DNA of 63,924 bases, the filler included, from Salisapilia sapeloensis CBS 127946 (taxonomy: Eukaryota > Protista > Oomycota), in assembly GCA_023334545.1 (NCBI GenBank). It is 14 parts of 14 records of this genome, joined end to end, with 100 filler letters (N's around TTAATTAATTAA, not from the genome) between each part and the next. Parts side by side here need not be neighbours in the genome. Positions count along the whole stretch, not along the records: positions 1 to 3,905 come from JAADVB010000710.1; positions 4,006 to 5,016 come from JAADVB010001357.1; positions 5,117 to 6,976 come from JAADVB010001024.1; positions 7,077 to 12,365 come from JAADVB010000627.1; 10 more parts are not named here. One strand, written 5' to 3'. The notes under the pieces are model-generated. The model was not told the DNA's origin. It saw only the letters and a program-made list of their open reading frames with translations, and did no database searches. The position numbers were made by a program, and so were the translations under genes. This document shows, one piece after another, positions 1 to 10,530 of this stretch. Within the stretch, counting starts at the first letter, position 1, and the number at the start of each line of letters is the position of its first letter.

Positions 1-136
1 CACTTTGTACACCGACGATATGCCAATTCGAATACCGAGGTATGCGCATATAAGCACTGCCATCCCGGATAACAGGTAACGCTTGCCGTCACTCTAGTTG
101 CTCCAGTTTCGAGTTTGCTTCCTCCTCATCACTTCC

Positions 137-1066
137 ATGACATCTTTGACATGTTTCTTAATATGCCTTTGGCTGACATCTTTCGTCTCCGACTGTATCG
201 CGCTTGGAGCCAACTTCCATGGCTCATACAATACTTCCACTCCACTCGATCTGAATATGTCGACAGCAGAAGAAAATCGTATCACGAACGGGAGAACGGT
301 TGCTTTTACTGGCGAGGCTACAAACGTGGTTCTCGTAAGACCCCTATACAAATCTGCGAAAACTGGAAGCTGTACTGGTTGCCTAGTATCTCCCAATGCT
401 GTTGTGACTGCCGCACATTGCGTCCCGAAGAGAAAAGATCGGAAGAAGGAGAAGACCCCATCAATCTATGTGACTGTCGGTACAAAGTTTCAGGATAACC
501 TCGATCGTAGAGGACAAAATATAGGTGTGCAAGAGGTGCATTTGCATCAAAATTATGGTAGACACCCGTTTCGAAACGATATCGCTGTTCTCAGGCTGAA
601 GCGGAATGTGCCTTACCCAGAAAACCACAACTACATGCAACTTGGCAGTCGTCATGGAAACTACTTCGATACCACTGGGAAAGCAGAAATCTATGGTTGG
701 GGAATGACTGCCCCTAATTCAGTTGGGTCGAACGAGCTTCTCCGAGGCGTTGGAGTAAGCATCATCGATGTCGGGGTATGTAGAAGACGCTTCGAAACGT
801 GGTGGACACAGTTGACCTGGTGGGCCAGGAAGTATAGAATACAGGACCACGACCTTTGCGTAGAAGGAACAAACCTGCAACGAGCCTGCAAAGGCGACAG
901 TGGTGGGCCCTTACTTCAAGATCACAAATTAGTTGGTATAGTGTCCTGGGGCAGGGAGCCTTGTCTTCCAGACCTTTTAAATGTCTACACCAACGTCAGT
1001 ACTGTTTGGGACTTCATTAATGATGCGGCCGAGCTTGGTCTGGATGGTAGTGGTAGCGGTGATTGA
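137..1066 (+). CDS. Secreted trypsin-like serine protease (S1A), catalytic triad intact
   Basis: First ATG at 137 gives a hydrophobic signal peptide (MTSLTCFLICLWLTSFVSDCIALG). Activation site R|ITNG is the IVGG equivalent. Motifs TAAHC, NDIAVLRL, CKGDSGGPL, GIVSWG, NVYTNVS. No introns. Confidence 0.93.
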   Translation: MTSLTCFLICLWLTSFVSDCIALGANFHGSYNTSTPLDLNMSTAEENRITNGRTVAFTGEATNVVLVRPLYKSAKTGSCTGCLVSPNAVVTAAHCVPKRKDRKKEKTPSIYVTVGTKFQDNLDRRGQNIGVQEVHLHQNYGRHPFRNDIAVLRLKRNVPYPENHNYMQLGSRHGNYFDTTGKAEIYGWGMTAPNSVGSNELLRGVGVSIIDVGVCRRRFETWWTQLTWWARKYRIQDHDLCVEGTNLQRACKGDSGGPLLQDHKLVGIVSWGREPCLPDLLNVYTNVSTVWDFINDAAELGLDGSGSGD

Positions 1067-1180
1067 GCATCGTACTTTAAAAGCCTAGGGTGATTGGGTC
1101 GATTCATGAACTAGAAGTTAAAATATTTTTATCGTTGTCTTTTTAAATGGAACAAGTAATTGCCTGGCTATCTTAAAAAT

Positions 1181-2701
1181 CTAGGCGGATTCGCTGACAC
1201 TTACTGTGTTCTTATCGAGGTTCAAGAGGATGTTGTTATGCTTGTTTGCCACCATCATCTCTGCCAAAAGGCTGTTTGAGCTGTTTCCAGTCAAAACGGC
1301 CTTGTCGTTGGATGCGAGTGCTTCTAATACATCGAGTTGGTGCATCTTAATCTCGTGCATGCGATACTGCTCAAGGTGTTTCGCCGCATCACCCTCCGCC
1401 TCTGCAATGATTTCCTTTGCTTTAGCTTCAGCAACCATTTCGATCTCTTGCATCTCGGCAACTAGTTCGGTGTTGGTAGCTTCTTTTTCAGCGGCTAATA
1501 GTTGCACTTCTGCATCACACTTGGCACTAATTTCGGTCGATATTTTCGCAGTCTCGGCTTGGATCTCTTCAATCTTCAAGTCACAGTCCACTTGAATTCG
1601 GTTCAGTTTTACTTTCGTCTCTTGCTCAATTTCTTCTTCAATGACCCAAGTTTGTGTACTCGCCATATCCACCTCTTTCTGGATCTCAGCACACTTTGCT
1701 TTCCCTCGCTGCTCTTCTTCCATCAACATCATCTTACGGGACAGCTTAGTCGTATCCATTTCCTCCTTGTACTGGAGCATTTGCATATCCGATTTCTGCT
1801 TCATAGTTTCTTCCTTTATCGAGCTTAAATGCGTTGTCCGGCTCTGCATCTGCTCTTGGAACACTGAGGGCAGACGAACATTGGTGATAGCAACGCTGTG
1901 AATTTGAACACCAAAGCGGTTAAACTGGTTGTTCAAGTTGTTTCGAATATCTTCTGTGATGTAGTAGCCGTCTTTCTTGTCCGAGCTATCAGCGTCAAAA
2001 TCGATCACTTTGGTGTTCTCTTTCTTTACATCACCTTCCTCTCTCTGGTACACCGGTGCAGTGTCGTCGCTATTTGTGTCTTCACCATTTTCACCAGTAA
2101 TCTCGTCCAAGTTTCCAGTCTCGAATTGGTTTTTTAATGTACCATCGCGGAGCTTGTACACCTCAGTGTGATTCACACTTCGAGCTAACGACCGAACAGC
2201 TTCTTCTTGTGCAGCGCGCAATTGGACATCCAGTCCATTCGGTCCTAGCTCGTACACAAATTTGCGCACTAGGCCAGGGTCTTCGCCTTTGGAGGCATCT
2301 CCCATGATGCGTAGCACTAGACAAATGTCGATTTCCACCGACACATTATCTCTTGTCTTGCATCCCTTCACAGGTGTTTCAAAAACGATGAATTGCTTCG
2401 TGATCAATTGGGAGACCTTCGTGAGCAGTCCAGCGGAGTGAATACCAGCCGGCCAAACTGCACTAGCCGAGCCGTGCTTAATATAATCGACGTCACTCCC
2501 ATTTGTTTGCACGAGAGCGTAACAACCTTCCGGAATTCGAATATATGGTGCCAACAAACTGCGCCGAGGCATCACCATCAAAATGGTCTGCCCTTTATTG
2601 CAAGCACCCAATATACGATTTGCCGAGTCAACACTGGAGGCGTTGACACAAAGAAGGGAGGTGGGAGTCACACTGCCACTTGGGATAAAGTTGTCATTCA
2701 T
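1181..2701 (-). CDS. SPFH/Band 7 (stomatin/flotillin-like) protein with long C-terminal coiled coil
   Basis: 506-aa intronless ORF: FETPVKGCKTRDNVSVEIDI...KFVYELG...QEEAVRSLAR...NRFGVQIHSVAITNVRLP, then an A/E-rich heptad region. Confidence 0.85.
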   Translation of the reverse strand: MNDNFIPSGSVTPTSLLCVNASSVDSANRILGACNKGQTILMVMPRRSLLAPYIRIPEGCYALVQTNGSDVDYIKHGSASAVWPAGIHSAGLLTKVSQLITKQFIVFETPVKGCKTRDNVSVEIDICLVLRIMGDASKGEDPGLVRKFVYELGPNGLDVQLRAAQEEAVRSLARSVNHTEVYKLRDGTLKNQFETGNLDEITGENGEDTNSDDTAPVYQREEGDVKKENTKVIDFDADSSDKKDGYYITEDIRNNLNNQFNRFGVQIHSVAITNVRLPSVFQEQMQSRTTHLSSIKEETMKQKSDMQMLQYKEEMDTTKLSRKMMLMEEEQRGKAKCAEIQKEVDMASTQTWVIEEEIEQETKVKLNRIQVDCDLKIEEIQAETAKISTEISAKCDAEVQLLAAEKEATNTELVAEMQEIEMVAEAKAKEIIAEAEGDAAKHLEQYRMHEIKMHQLDVLEALASNDKAVLTGNSSNSLLAEMMVANKHNNILLNLDKNTVSVSESA

Positions 2702-2811
2702 TGCAGCTTCGAGGTGTAGTCAGAGAAGTTCTGATCAAAAGTAATAGTGAGTAGTGGACACTGGAAGACGAATTTGATTAACGTGTAATGAGGAATTATC
2801 ACAGAAAGAAT

Positions 2812-2950
2812 ATCCAGTGTCCCGGAACACGTGCTTGTACCCATACTTGCCTTGCTGCATGTACCCAAGTCAAGCGGTACCCATGCCTCAAGACACTTTA
2901 TCCTTTAAAATCCAGTGACCCGGAACACGTGCTTGTACCCAAACTCGCCT
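2812..2950. repeat. 41-bp direct repeat (2812-2852 and 2910-2950) in a bidirectional promoter
   Basis: atccagtgtcccggaacacgtgcttgtacccatacttgcct vs atccagtgacccggaacacgtgcttgtacccaaactcgcct, 3 mismatches; each copy contains CACGTG and GTACCCA. Confidence 0.9.
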
Positions 2951-3268
2951 CAGGCGATCTCGGTGATGTAGCATAGATGTCAGTAAAAGTCAGACTAGTG
3001 TACTGGCTCGATCTTGATTCTCTGTCCAACGGAGCAAGCTGGATTTTTACGTTTCTGCTCATCGACTAATCCAGATGGGCATGGATATATCTTCTCCAGT
3101 ATGGCTACGCCGGGTCTCTGGATGATATATGGGTACAAGTCGACGCTTGAGAAGAATATTGTCTTTTGGATCCACTTTTCAACCCAAATGAAGTTGCAGG
3201 TGTTCTTAAATTGTCACTTTTGAAATCTCATCAAGTACAAACAATCTCTATCCTCTACTCCAACAGCA

Positions 3269-3905
3269 ATGACAAACCGATACAACCGCCTAGTTCAAAT
3301 GAACGTTTCCAGACCTATGAAGGGTAATACTCCTTTGTCTATCTTTGTGTAATGACCCAGTGGAGATAACCGTGTTTGCTTTATTAGCCCTTAAAGTGTT
3401 TAATGAGAAAGTGAGCGATGGCCAAATCCCACTCGTACTTACGCCATACCGTCGTCGCTCATCGTATTTTCACCTCTTCATGCAAATTCCCTCCGGAGTG
3501 TACGCTTATGTTCTTTTCATTCCTGATTGCCTTTTCATATTTACCAAATATGCACAGTTGGGTTCTCAAACAGAAGTGGACAGCACACAACGGCATGGTT
3601 GATCCTGGCATGAAGGCATTCTGGCCAGGATGGTACCGAGTCAGCCATATCGTAACGCGACAGACAATCTCCTACTCAGTAAGACTGATCGTAGGCTGGA
3701 AAACCATGATCCTTTAGAGCTAATTTACTTGCTCACTCTGTAGAACCCTGTCAGGGAATGCCCAACTAGCGATAACGTAATGATAGACATCGACGTATCT
3801 ATCAGTCTCCAAATTGGTCCGAATGAAGAAGACGTGGTCAAGTTTGTGTACACTTTGGGAGCTAATCGTTTGGACGAGTGGCTGTACAGTATCACACAAG
3901 AGTCG
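3269..3905 (+). CDS. Second SPFH/Band 7 paralog, 3 introns, truncated at contig end
   Basis: Manual splicing gives MTNRYNRLVQMNVSRPMKALKVFNEKVSDGQIPLVL...MQIPSGVWVLKQKW...YRVSHIVTRQTISYSNPVRECPTSDNVMIDIDVSI...KFVYTLGANRLDEWL, collinear with the 1181-2701 protein. Confidence 0.8.
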
Positions 3906-4005
3906 NNNNNNNNNNNNNNNNNNNNNNNNNNNNNNNNNNNNNNNNNNNNTTAATTAATTAANNNNNNNNNNNNNNNNNNNNNNNNNNNNNNNNNNNNNNN
4001 NNNNN
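3906..4005. other. Artificial contig linker (first of 13)
   Basis: N44-TTAATTAATTAA-N44 (stops in all six frames). Also at 5017, 6977, 12366, 25224, 28103, 30551, 31801, 37609, 49444, 59100, 61405 and 62715, each 100 nt. Confidence 0.99.
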
Positions 4006-4322
4006 AAGAGGTCATCCATACTGCTCGAGCTCGTCCCATTACCGACGATGATTCGAGGCATTTGCCATCCCGCACTATCGGTGTAAGAATCTTTCACCAC
4101 GCGCCGAGATGGGTGTCGCTCACGGTACATGGTCACATTATTGGATGTCTTGATAGGCTTCCAACGTTTGTTATCCATTTCCCGAGGTACTGAACGATCG
4201 AACTTTTGATAGTGCCTGAGTGCTTCGTGTACGAGTATCATGGCGATATGCTTGCAATCAGCCTTCTTCGCATCCGAGAGATCGAAGCCCTCATATGCAT
4301 CTGCATCCCACTGCGTCGCCAT
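4006..4322 (-). CDS. 5' fragment of oomycete START-like(+FYVE) family protein
   Basis: MATQW...FDLSDAKKADCKHIAMILVHEALRHY...RWKPIKTSNNVTMYRER aligns with the N-terminus of the 54244-55437 protein; runs into the linker. Confidence 0.7.
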
Positions 4323-5116
4323 GATCTTGAAATCGGTGGCAGCGTGCAAGTATATGAATGGATTCAAGATGCGCTGTCAATTCTTCAGGCGGAGACGATG
4401 CAGCGGGAAACGATTCTGGCGTACTTCATAAGCCGTCACTTCTGTCAAATTGGACTTACGTTCCCTAGGTATTCTAGCAGTACTCGGTCAGAAAATGGTC
4501 AAGGTAGCTAAAACTCGTAGGATCGTGAAAGTTTCAAATGCTATCTCAATCTTATTTAGTGCTTGCTCTCAAAGTGCCTGGGAAACAACGCACGTGTTAA
4601 TAAGGCAGCGTTGTTGGTGTAGGCTATTCTACTATAATATGCGTTTAGGATCAAGCGGTAGTGACTCCAACTATTAAAATAAAAATGCAAATGACGTTGG
4701 CGAAATGTAGGAAGATTGGGATGTAGGGTATTGAAGATGATCGTCCCAGGTAACGAGCAAGCGATGTTCCACTCTGCCGATCACTTGATGCTCTCCCCTT
4801 CTACGACAGCGACCGTCTATGTAACTTCCGAGGGAAATGAAGTCAAGCCTGAATGACAAAACGAGAGTCAATAGTGGTATCTCCAACCAGGTTACCGGTA
4901 ATCCATTTCCTTTGGGCTCAGTGGAAGCCTGAAGTCAGGGTAATTATGGCGCGCTCATCGCTATATTGAACATTTAAACACGCAAGGATAAGCTATATGT
5001 GGAAAATGATAATAAGNNNNNNNNNNNNNNNNNNNNNNNNNNNNNNNNNNNNNNNNNNNNTTAATTAATTAANNNNNNNNNNNNNNNNNNNNNNNNNNNN
5101 NNNNNNNNNNNNNNNN

Positions 5117-5437
5117 GAAGTGGTCATCCAGCTCTCCGCTGATCACGTCATCGGCGGCGCGCATGATGCCTTCGGCCACCGCCTTGTCCATCTTGCCCTG
5201 CTGCATGTTGTACCTCGCCGCAGTCTTCTTGATGATACCAAAAGCCTTGATCACCGGCAACGGCATGCGCTCGCGAGGACCGCCGATGGGGAAGTTCTGC
5301 AAACTGCGCTGCGTCTGCGCACCCCAGTACTTGGTGCTGTCGACCTGGACCTCGCCAATCGAATCCGTCTCCGTTCTCGTTGCCATCGTTCGAGCTGAAA
5401 TCGTTTTACGTGCGACGAGAGACCTCCACACGTGCAC
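5117..5437 (-). CDS. fumC: Class II fumarate hydratase, 5' fragment
   Basis: RTETDSIGEVQV...YWGAQTQRSLQNFPIG...MPLPVIKAFGIIKK...LDDHF. First in-frame ATG at 5386; a presequence-like in-frame extension runs up to GTG 5437. Confidence 0.93.
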
Positions 5438-8400
5438 GTCCCTTTTATGCTCATGGCGTAACTACCATCCTCTATCAACTCAACATCCCATCACTTGAAG
5501 TGACGAAGTGACATGAGTCTTATTCCTGTAAAAGTAGTTCTACATCAATAGGATACAGTATACGAGTACATCCAGTAGACAACTTCTGTAATTTTTATGA
5601 GCATGATGTATGTGGTGACCGTTCCTGAAGATGTAGCATCTAGTTTTATTCACTGTAAACATATTCGGCATGTATGGCTACTTCTGCACTTTCAGACATA
5701 TTCATTCATCTTGTAAATAAGATCTGTATTCTATTGTCTATTACACGACGCCAACATATACACAAGCTTTAAGAATTGTGGGCAATCGTCTTTGAAGGGC
5801 AGCAACCTTCTTACGAAGAAACCGAGTGCTCCTTGTCACTGCCTTTAGTGATATAAAGAAAACCTCTTGTAGATGTCAAATTTTATAGCTCGCAGCTTGG
5901 ATAGTACGAGAAAGTTAACAACATATACTACTCAAGTGAAACTGCTAATATCGTCGATAGACATCCTAATAGCTCTTTAGCGTTCTGCATCAAGCTATTT
6001 GCATACATGGGATACAAATTATATTGAGCTGTGGCTGCAGCACGGTATCAAAGGCAATAGGTAAGTTGGCTTCGCAAGGAATAAATCTTACACCAGATCG
6101 GGTACTCTACCACGTTTCATCATATCTCTTATGCTAGTAGATAGGAACCTGTTGATGCAAAAGACAAATCGATACAAATCGAAGATGTAGGCTTTATAGT
6201 AGTAGAAGCATTTATAAGAGCTCACAGCTCAAGTATCTATGCTAGAGCGGCATGATGACATCAACGCTTTCAAATTTTGATGAAGGTGGTCAAATATAAC
6301 CAGAATGAGGAAAGACAGCATACAACGCTCTAGCATCCTTCGTGACAGCAAACGGACAGCATACACTGTCAGCGTGTTTACAACAGCAGAGCATGTCTAG
6401 AAGCATATTTGGCCATGGACACTCGAGCAAATCTAATATGCTAGTGGTGAGCTCTTATGCCGAGCTGACTGCTATCCAGAACGAAATGCTGGTGACACGA
6501 CAAAGCTTAAACAATGCGAAGCATTGAAGACACGTGAATAAGTAGTTCACACTCTTTTGTTTTGCTATCACTTTTTCCTGTGGACTGTTGTCGAATCCCT
6601 GTACATGACTCCTATTAACTACAAGCATTTGCTTGTTATATATATAAGTAAGAATATTACACCACAAACCTTCACATTGGATAAATTAATACAATTCTGT
6701 ACAGCAAGCAGAGCAATATTAAAAGACAACATCATATGTGTGTTAAAGCCAACGATCAATATAGCGGTTTCTATCTGTAAACTTGCGTATGCTGCCAGAT
6801 CGTGCAAACCTTTATCGAACACATTTTAATTGAAATTCTATGGCAAACGTTAACACATCTAACACTATAAGCGATGAAATCAACCATACTGCTTTAAATC
6901 GTATCTTTAGAGCCTTATTTTTCAAACAAACTACCGCTTGTACCAACAAAAGCATAATCAAATTCGGTGACTTTAANNNNNNNNNNNNNNNNNNNNNNNN
7001 NNNNNNNNNNNNNNNNNNNNTTAATTAATTAANNNNNNNNNNNNNNNNNNNNNNNNNNNNNNNNNNNNNNNNNNNNCCAAGCAGGAAGGTCAAACAAGGC
7101 AGCCTCAAGCACAGTAAGACTGGCTATTCTAAACGTACACGAAAAGGAAGCATGTACTCACTGCGAATTTGAATGGGACGCGTGCACTCGGCAATTCGAG
7201 AAGCATCCAAGCATCCCAACCCGGAGATCATGAGATGGGGCAGGTAGCTTCAAGTGCGACATAGCCGGCGCTACCGCAGCCGATGACGAGCGTACGCAAG
7301 TTGAAGGCACGATGGCGGATGCCGCCACGCTTCGATATGGTGTCGCGATGTGCTACTCGACTGAGCAAGTCTCACCGGCGAGGACGTGGGCGCTCCGATA
7401 GCTTTGATGTTTCGCGTATGCACAAGTAGACCAAGGCACTTTGCCGAGAAAATGTACACGTATCTTTGTTGTGGAAACCTCGCCATCCGTATCTCGTTCC
7501 TTTAGCTATACGAATGACTTTTGTTAGTTGTATCTAGTTTCCTTCATTATGCCAACCTTTCGCTCTGCTTTCGGAAGGGAGCGTACCACATCGTCCACTG
7601 CAAAGCGACTTGAAGCCAGGTTTCCGTCGTATCCGCACTGCCTCCACGATCATCGCGAATTCCACGGGGGATGCTGCTCTTCTACATCCAAACGAGTCAC
7701 GACGAACAACCTACCTGCGTACACTGGATGAGTCACCACAGCTGAGTCAGCTCCCACAGCGCCGCCCGCTTCAGCATGCACTTCAACACACACCCTCCGC
7801 GCTACCAACCCGAACAGCGTAGACCGCATCCACTTCCTGTTAGCTCAAAAATGACACGTGTATTCACTTTCGGACTCGTGGAGGCTTTGAACAGCCTCTA
7901 CTGCTGTGCTGCTCGTCACTCGCCCAGTGTCCACAGCGAGTGACACCAGCGCTCTTGTAGACACTACTCACGACAGCACAAAGCGTGAGTCAGGGCCGGT
8001 GCACCCGTCCAGTCTCGCGCTCCTCGATTACATGACATGACCCGTCTCGAGCACTCCTGTCCAGCATTTCTCGTCCATCGGATCGTCCGGTACGCCGACC
8101 ATTATCGTTTCCTAGCTCACGACGAACACCAGGTGCCTCAACCGATAGACGGCGACGGGCGGAAACCCACGTGCTGCGTCCTCTCACTACGTGTCTTCTA
8201 GTGCAAGTGGTTTCCGATAGGCTTCATCACGACCGACAGTTCGTACCGCATCACTCTCTCGAGCCGCTGATCCTCATCCATTCGGAGCTTCACGAAGCTT
8301 ACACCAGCACAAAAACACGCCACCACCCTTGCTTCGATACTCAGAGTACCACTCTTCCGCCTTTCGTCTGCACCAGGGAGGGAGGTCAGAGCAAGCGTGA

Positions 8401-10530
8401 AGCTGGCATCGTCCGTGGACTTCTCACCAACTTCTTATCATCCATCGGAACGCACCGAGTAATCCGGTGCCAGCCTCACGTTCAAATACACGAACGGCTT
8501 GCCACTGCCGTCGCTCTTCGCTAGGCGCCCGTCACCCTGAAGGACTCCTGCAGTCCACAAGATGGGATCGTAGTCGTCTCTCCGTGGTGCGCGACTGCAT
8601 GCTTGTCAAAGGAGCGGTCGGTGGACCCCGTCTCGGCTGTGGCCTTGGCAACGACGAGTGTGGCGCATTGGGTCTCGCTAGACCTGGAGACGGATGCACA
8701 GACCATGGCACGCGCAGAACTCCTGGCATCAGCGTCACCCCACAATCTCCGCACCGACGGACAAGCTGCGCCAGACAGCGCCCGATCCAGAATTTCGTTC
8801 GCGCGTCACCATTTGGCACGCGGCCTTCATACGGAGATGCACCTCGACAGCAGAATTTCGTGTCAAAAGTATCTTGACGGCGCGGCTACTTCAGTTCGAA
8901 CTTCATTCCCGTACCATACGTCCAAAGCCGATAAGCCGGCACCAGCTCGACTTTGTCCGGACGAGACCTTTGATTCGGAGGCAGTTCGACGTTTATGTAC
9001 CATCCATCCATAATAAGACCCTCGCACCGGCAGATTTCACGCAAGCCGTACACCGGACTAGAACTGCGTGCCGGAAATACACGACTCGGAGCCTGCCGAG
9101 GTTACCGCTGCAATCCAGAAACCGAATTCGGCGATGACTACTGGCACGAGTTTACAACGGAACATTTCTCGCGTTCGGCCAATACACTAACGCAACATCT
9201 GAATCAACAGCGCAAATGTCTACCGGCGTTCATCTAATCCACAGCCACCGTTGAAGCCCCATGAAGGCCGATCCTTCCGCGAACAACCTTCGCAGACACA
9301 CACGAAAAATCTGGGCGGTACCGGCTTGGTACTCATCCACTTGTCGTCAACCGCGCCGAACGCCGACGTCACCTGCCAGGTGCGTTAACTCGAGAGCGTT
9401 CACGAAGCACCTTGAAGAGCCGTGGATGGAAGAGGAAACCGCCCGCCGTTCTCCCGTGTTCACCATCGCCTCTATACGCATTTCCATCAGCGATCCGGAC
9501 CCGGTTCTTGGATCAACCGACGTTGGCGCGACTTCCATCGATGACCGCTTCAGGGATTCTGATCTCGTGCCTTTTTCTTCCTCAGCCATCGCTCAGTCGG
9601 AGCTCGCGCCTCGGCCAAGTCCGCGTGTGCGAGCGAGCGTGAGAGTAGCTCCGCGACGCTACGATCGCGTTCGTTTTATACGAGTCGAAGAGCTGAAGTT
9701 TGCGTTCTTGCAGGAAAACGGCCGCTTCAACATGGCTACGAGTTTATGCATCAGATCGGGGATCCTCGGATGTTTTGGAGGGAGCGATCAGCTCATTGCA
9801 CAATAGGCAATCGCAGAGGCGTGGACACCTAGACGAGCAAAAGGATTCCGGCTCGCACTCGCCCCAGACGACGCAGCTCGCTCGCCTCGCATTTATGAAA
9901 ATTCGGTCCGAATTTTTGAAATTTTCACCAGGCTGTGAAATGCTGCAACTCGCGCAACACTGAACAGAAGACACTGATACAAGTACACTCGCTCGGTCCG
10001 ATGTGTGTGTACACTGGCGCCAACGGGAAGGAGAAACGCGGCGCCCACGACTTGATCTCAGATTGGTGTAAAGGACCGCCGGGTGCCAGCTCAGCCACCC
10101 AGAAGGCTTGCAAAGGCGGTGGCTCCCCCACCCGAGCGCCCATCCTGTGCTGGAGGATACCACCATGTGGCCGTCTGCTCTCGCGCCTGACTTGGTCTGA
10201 GTATGTGCTTTAACAAAGACACCGGTGCCCAGGTCGTCGTGTCGGTTGGACGTCTCGGAACACCGCGCCGCCGATACGATGGGACAGACGCGCGTATACT
10301 CTACGACAGTCAAGTCATAAAAAGGTAAAAAGTTTCCGGGGAAATCGAAAAATTGACACCAGCTGTTCCGATACAAATTCCGAGTCGACTCGAGGATGTT
10401 GAAGAGCTCGGACGAAAAAAGGCTCTCGGCGATCATTTTCTTTTCACACCTCTCGGACGCAAGCGACGCCGTGATCCTCCACTAGCACTTTAGTTTGCAC
10501 CGGATCCGCTTCCTTTGACCATCCACCCAC

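Noticed and set aside
137-2701. Protease next to SPFH gene as an NfeD-stomatin-like module
   Set aside because: Convergent orientation, and a secreted S1 protease rather than a membrane protease; no evidence beyond adjacency
3906-4005. Recurrent TTAATTAATTAA inside N runs (13 times), superficially a regularly repeated element
   Set aside because: Artificial six-frame-stop linker; ORFs ending in XXXLIN are artefacts
7077-7486. Possible spliced minus-strand gene with a TLVIGCGSAG Rossmann-like string
   Set aside because: I could not build a consistent open exon chain; the motif is followed by a stop within 12 codons
7500-10500. Many overlapping 60-230 aa ORFs
   Set aside because: No recognisable domains, many non-ATG starts, composition typical of chance ORFs in GC-balanced DNA
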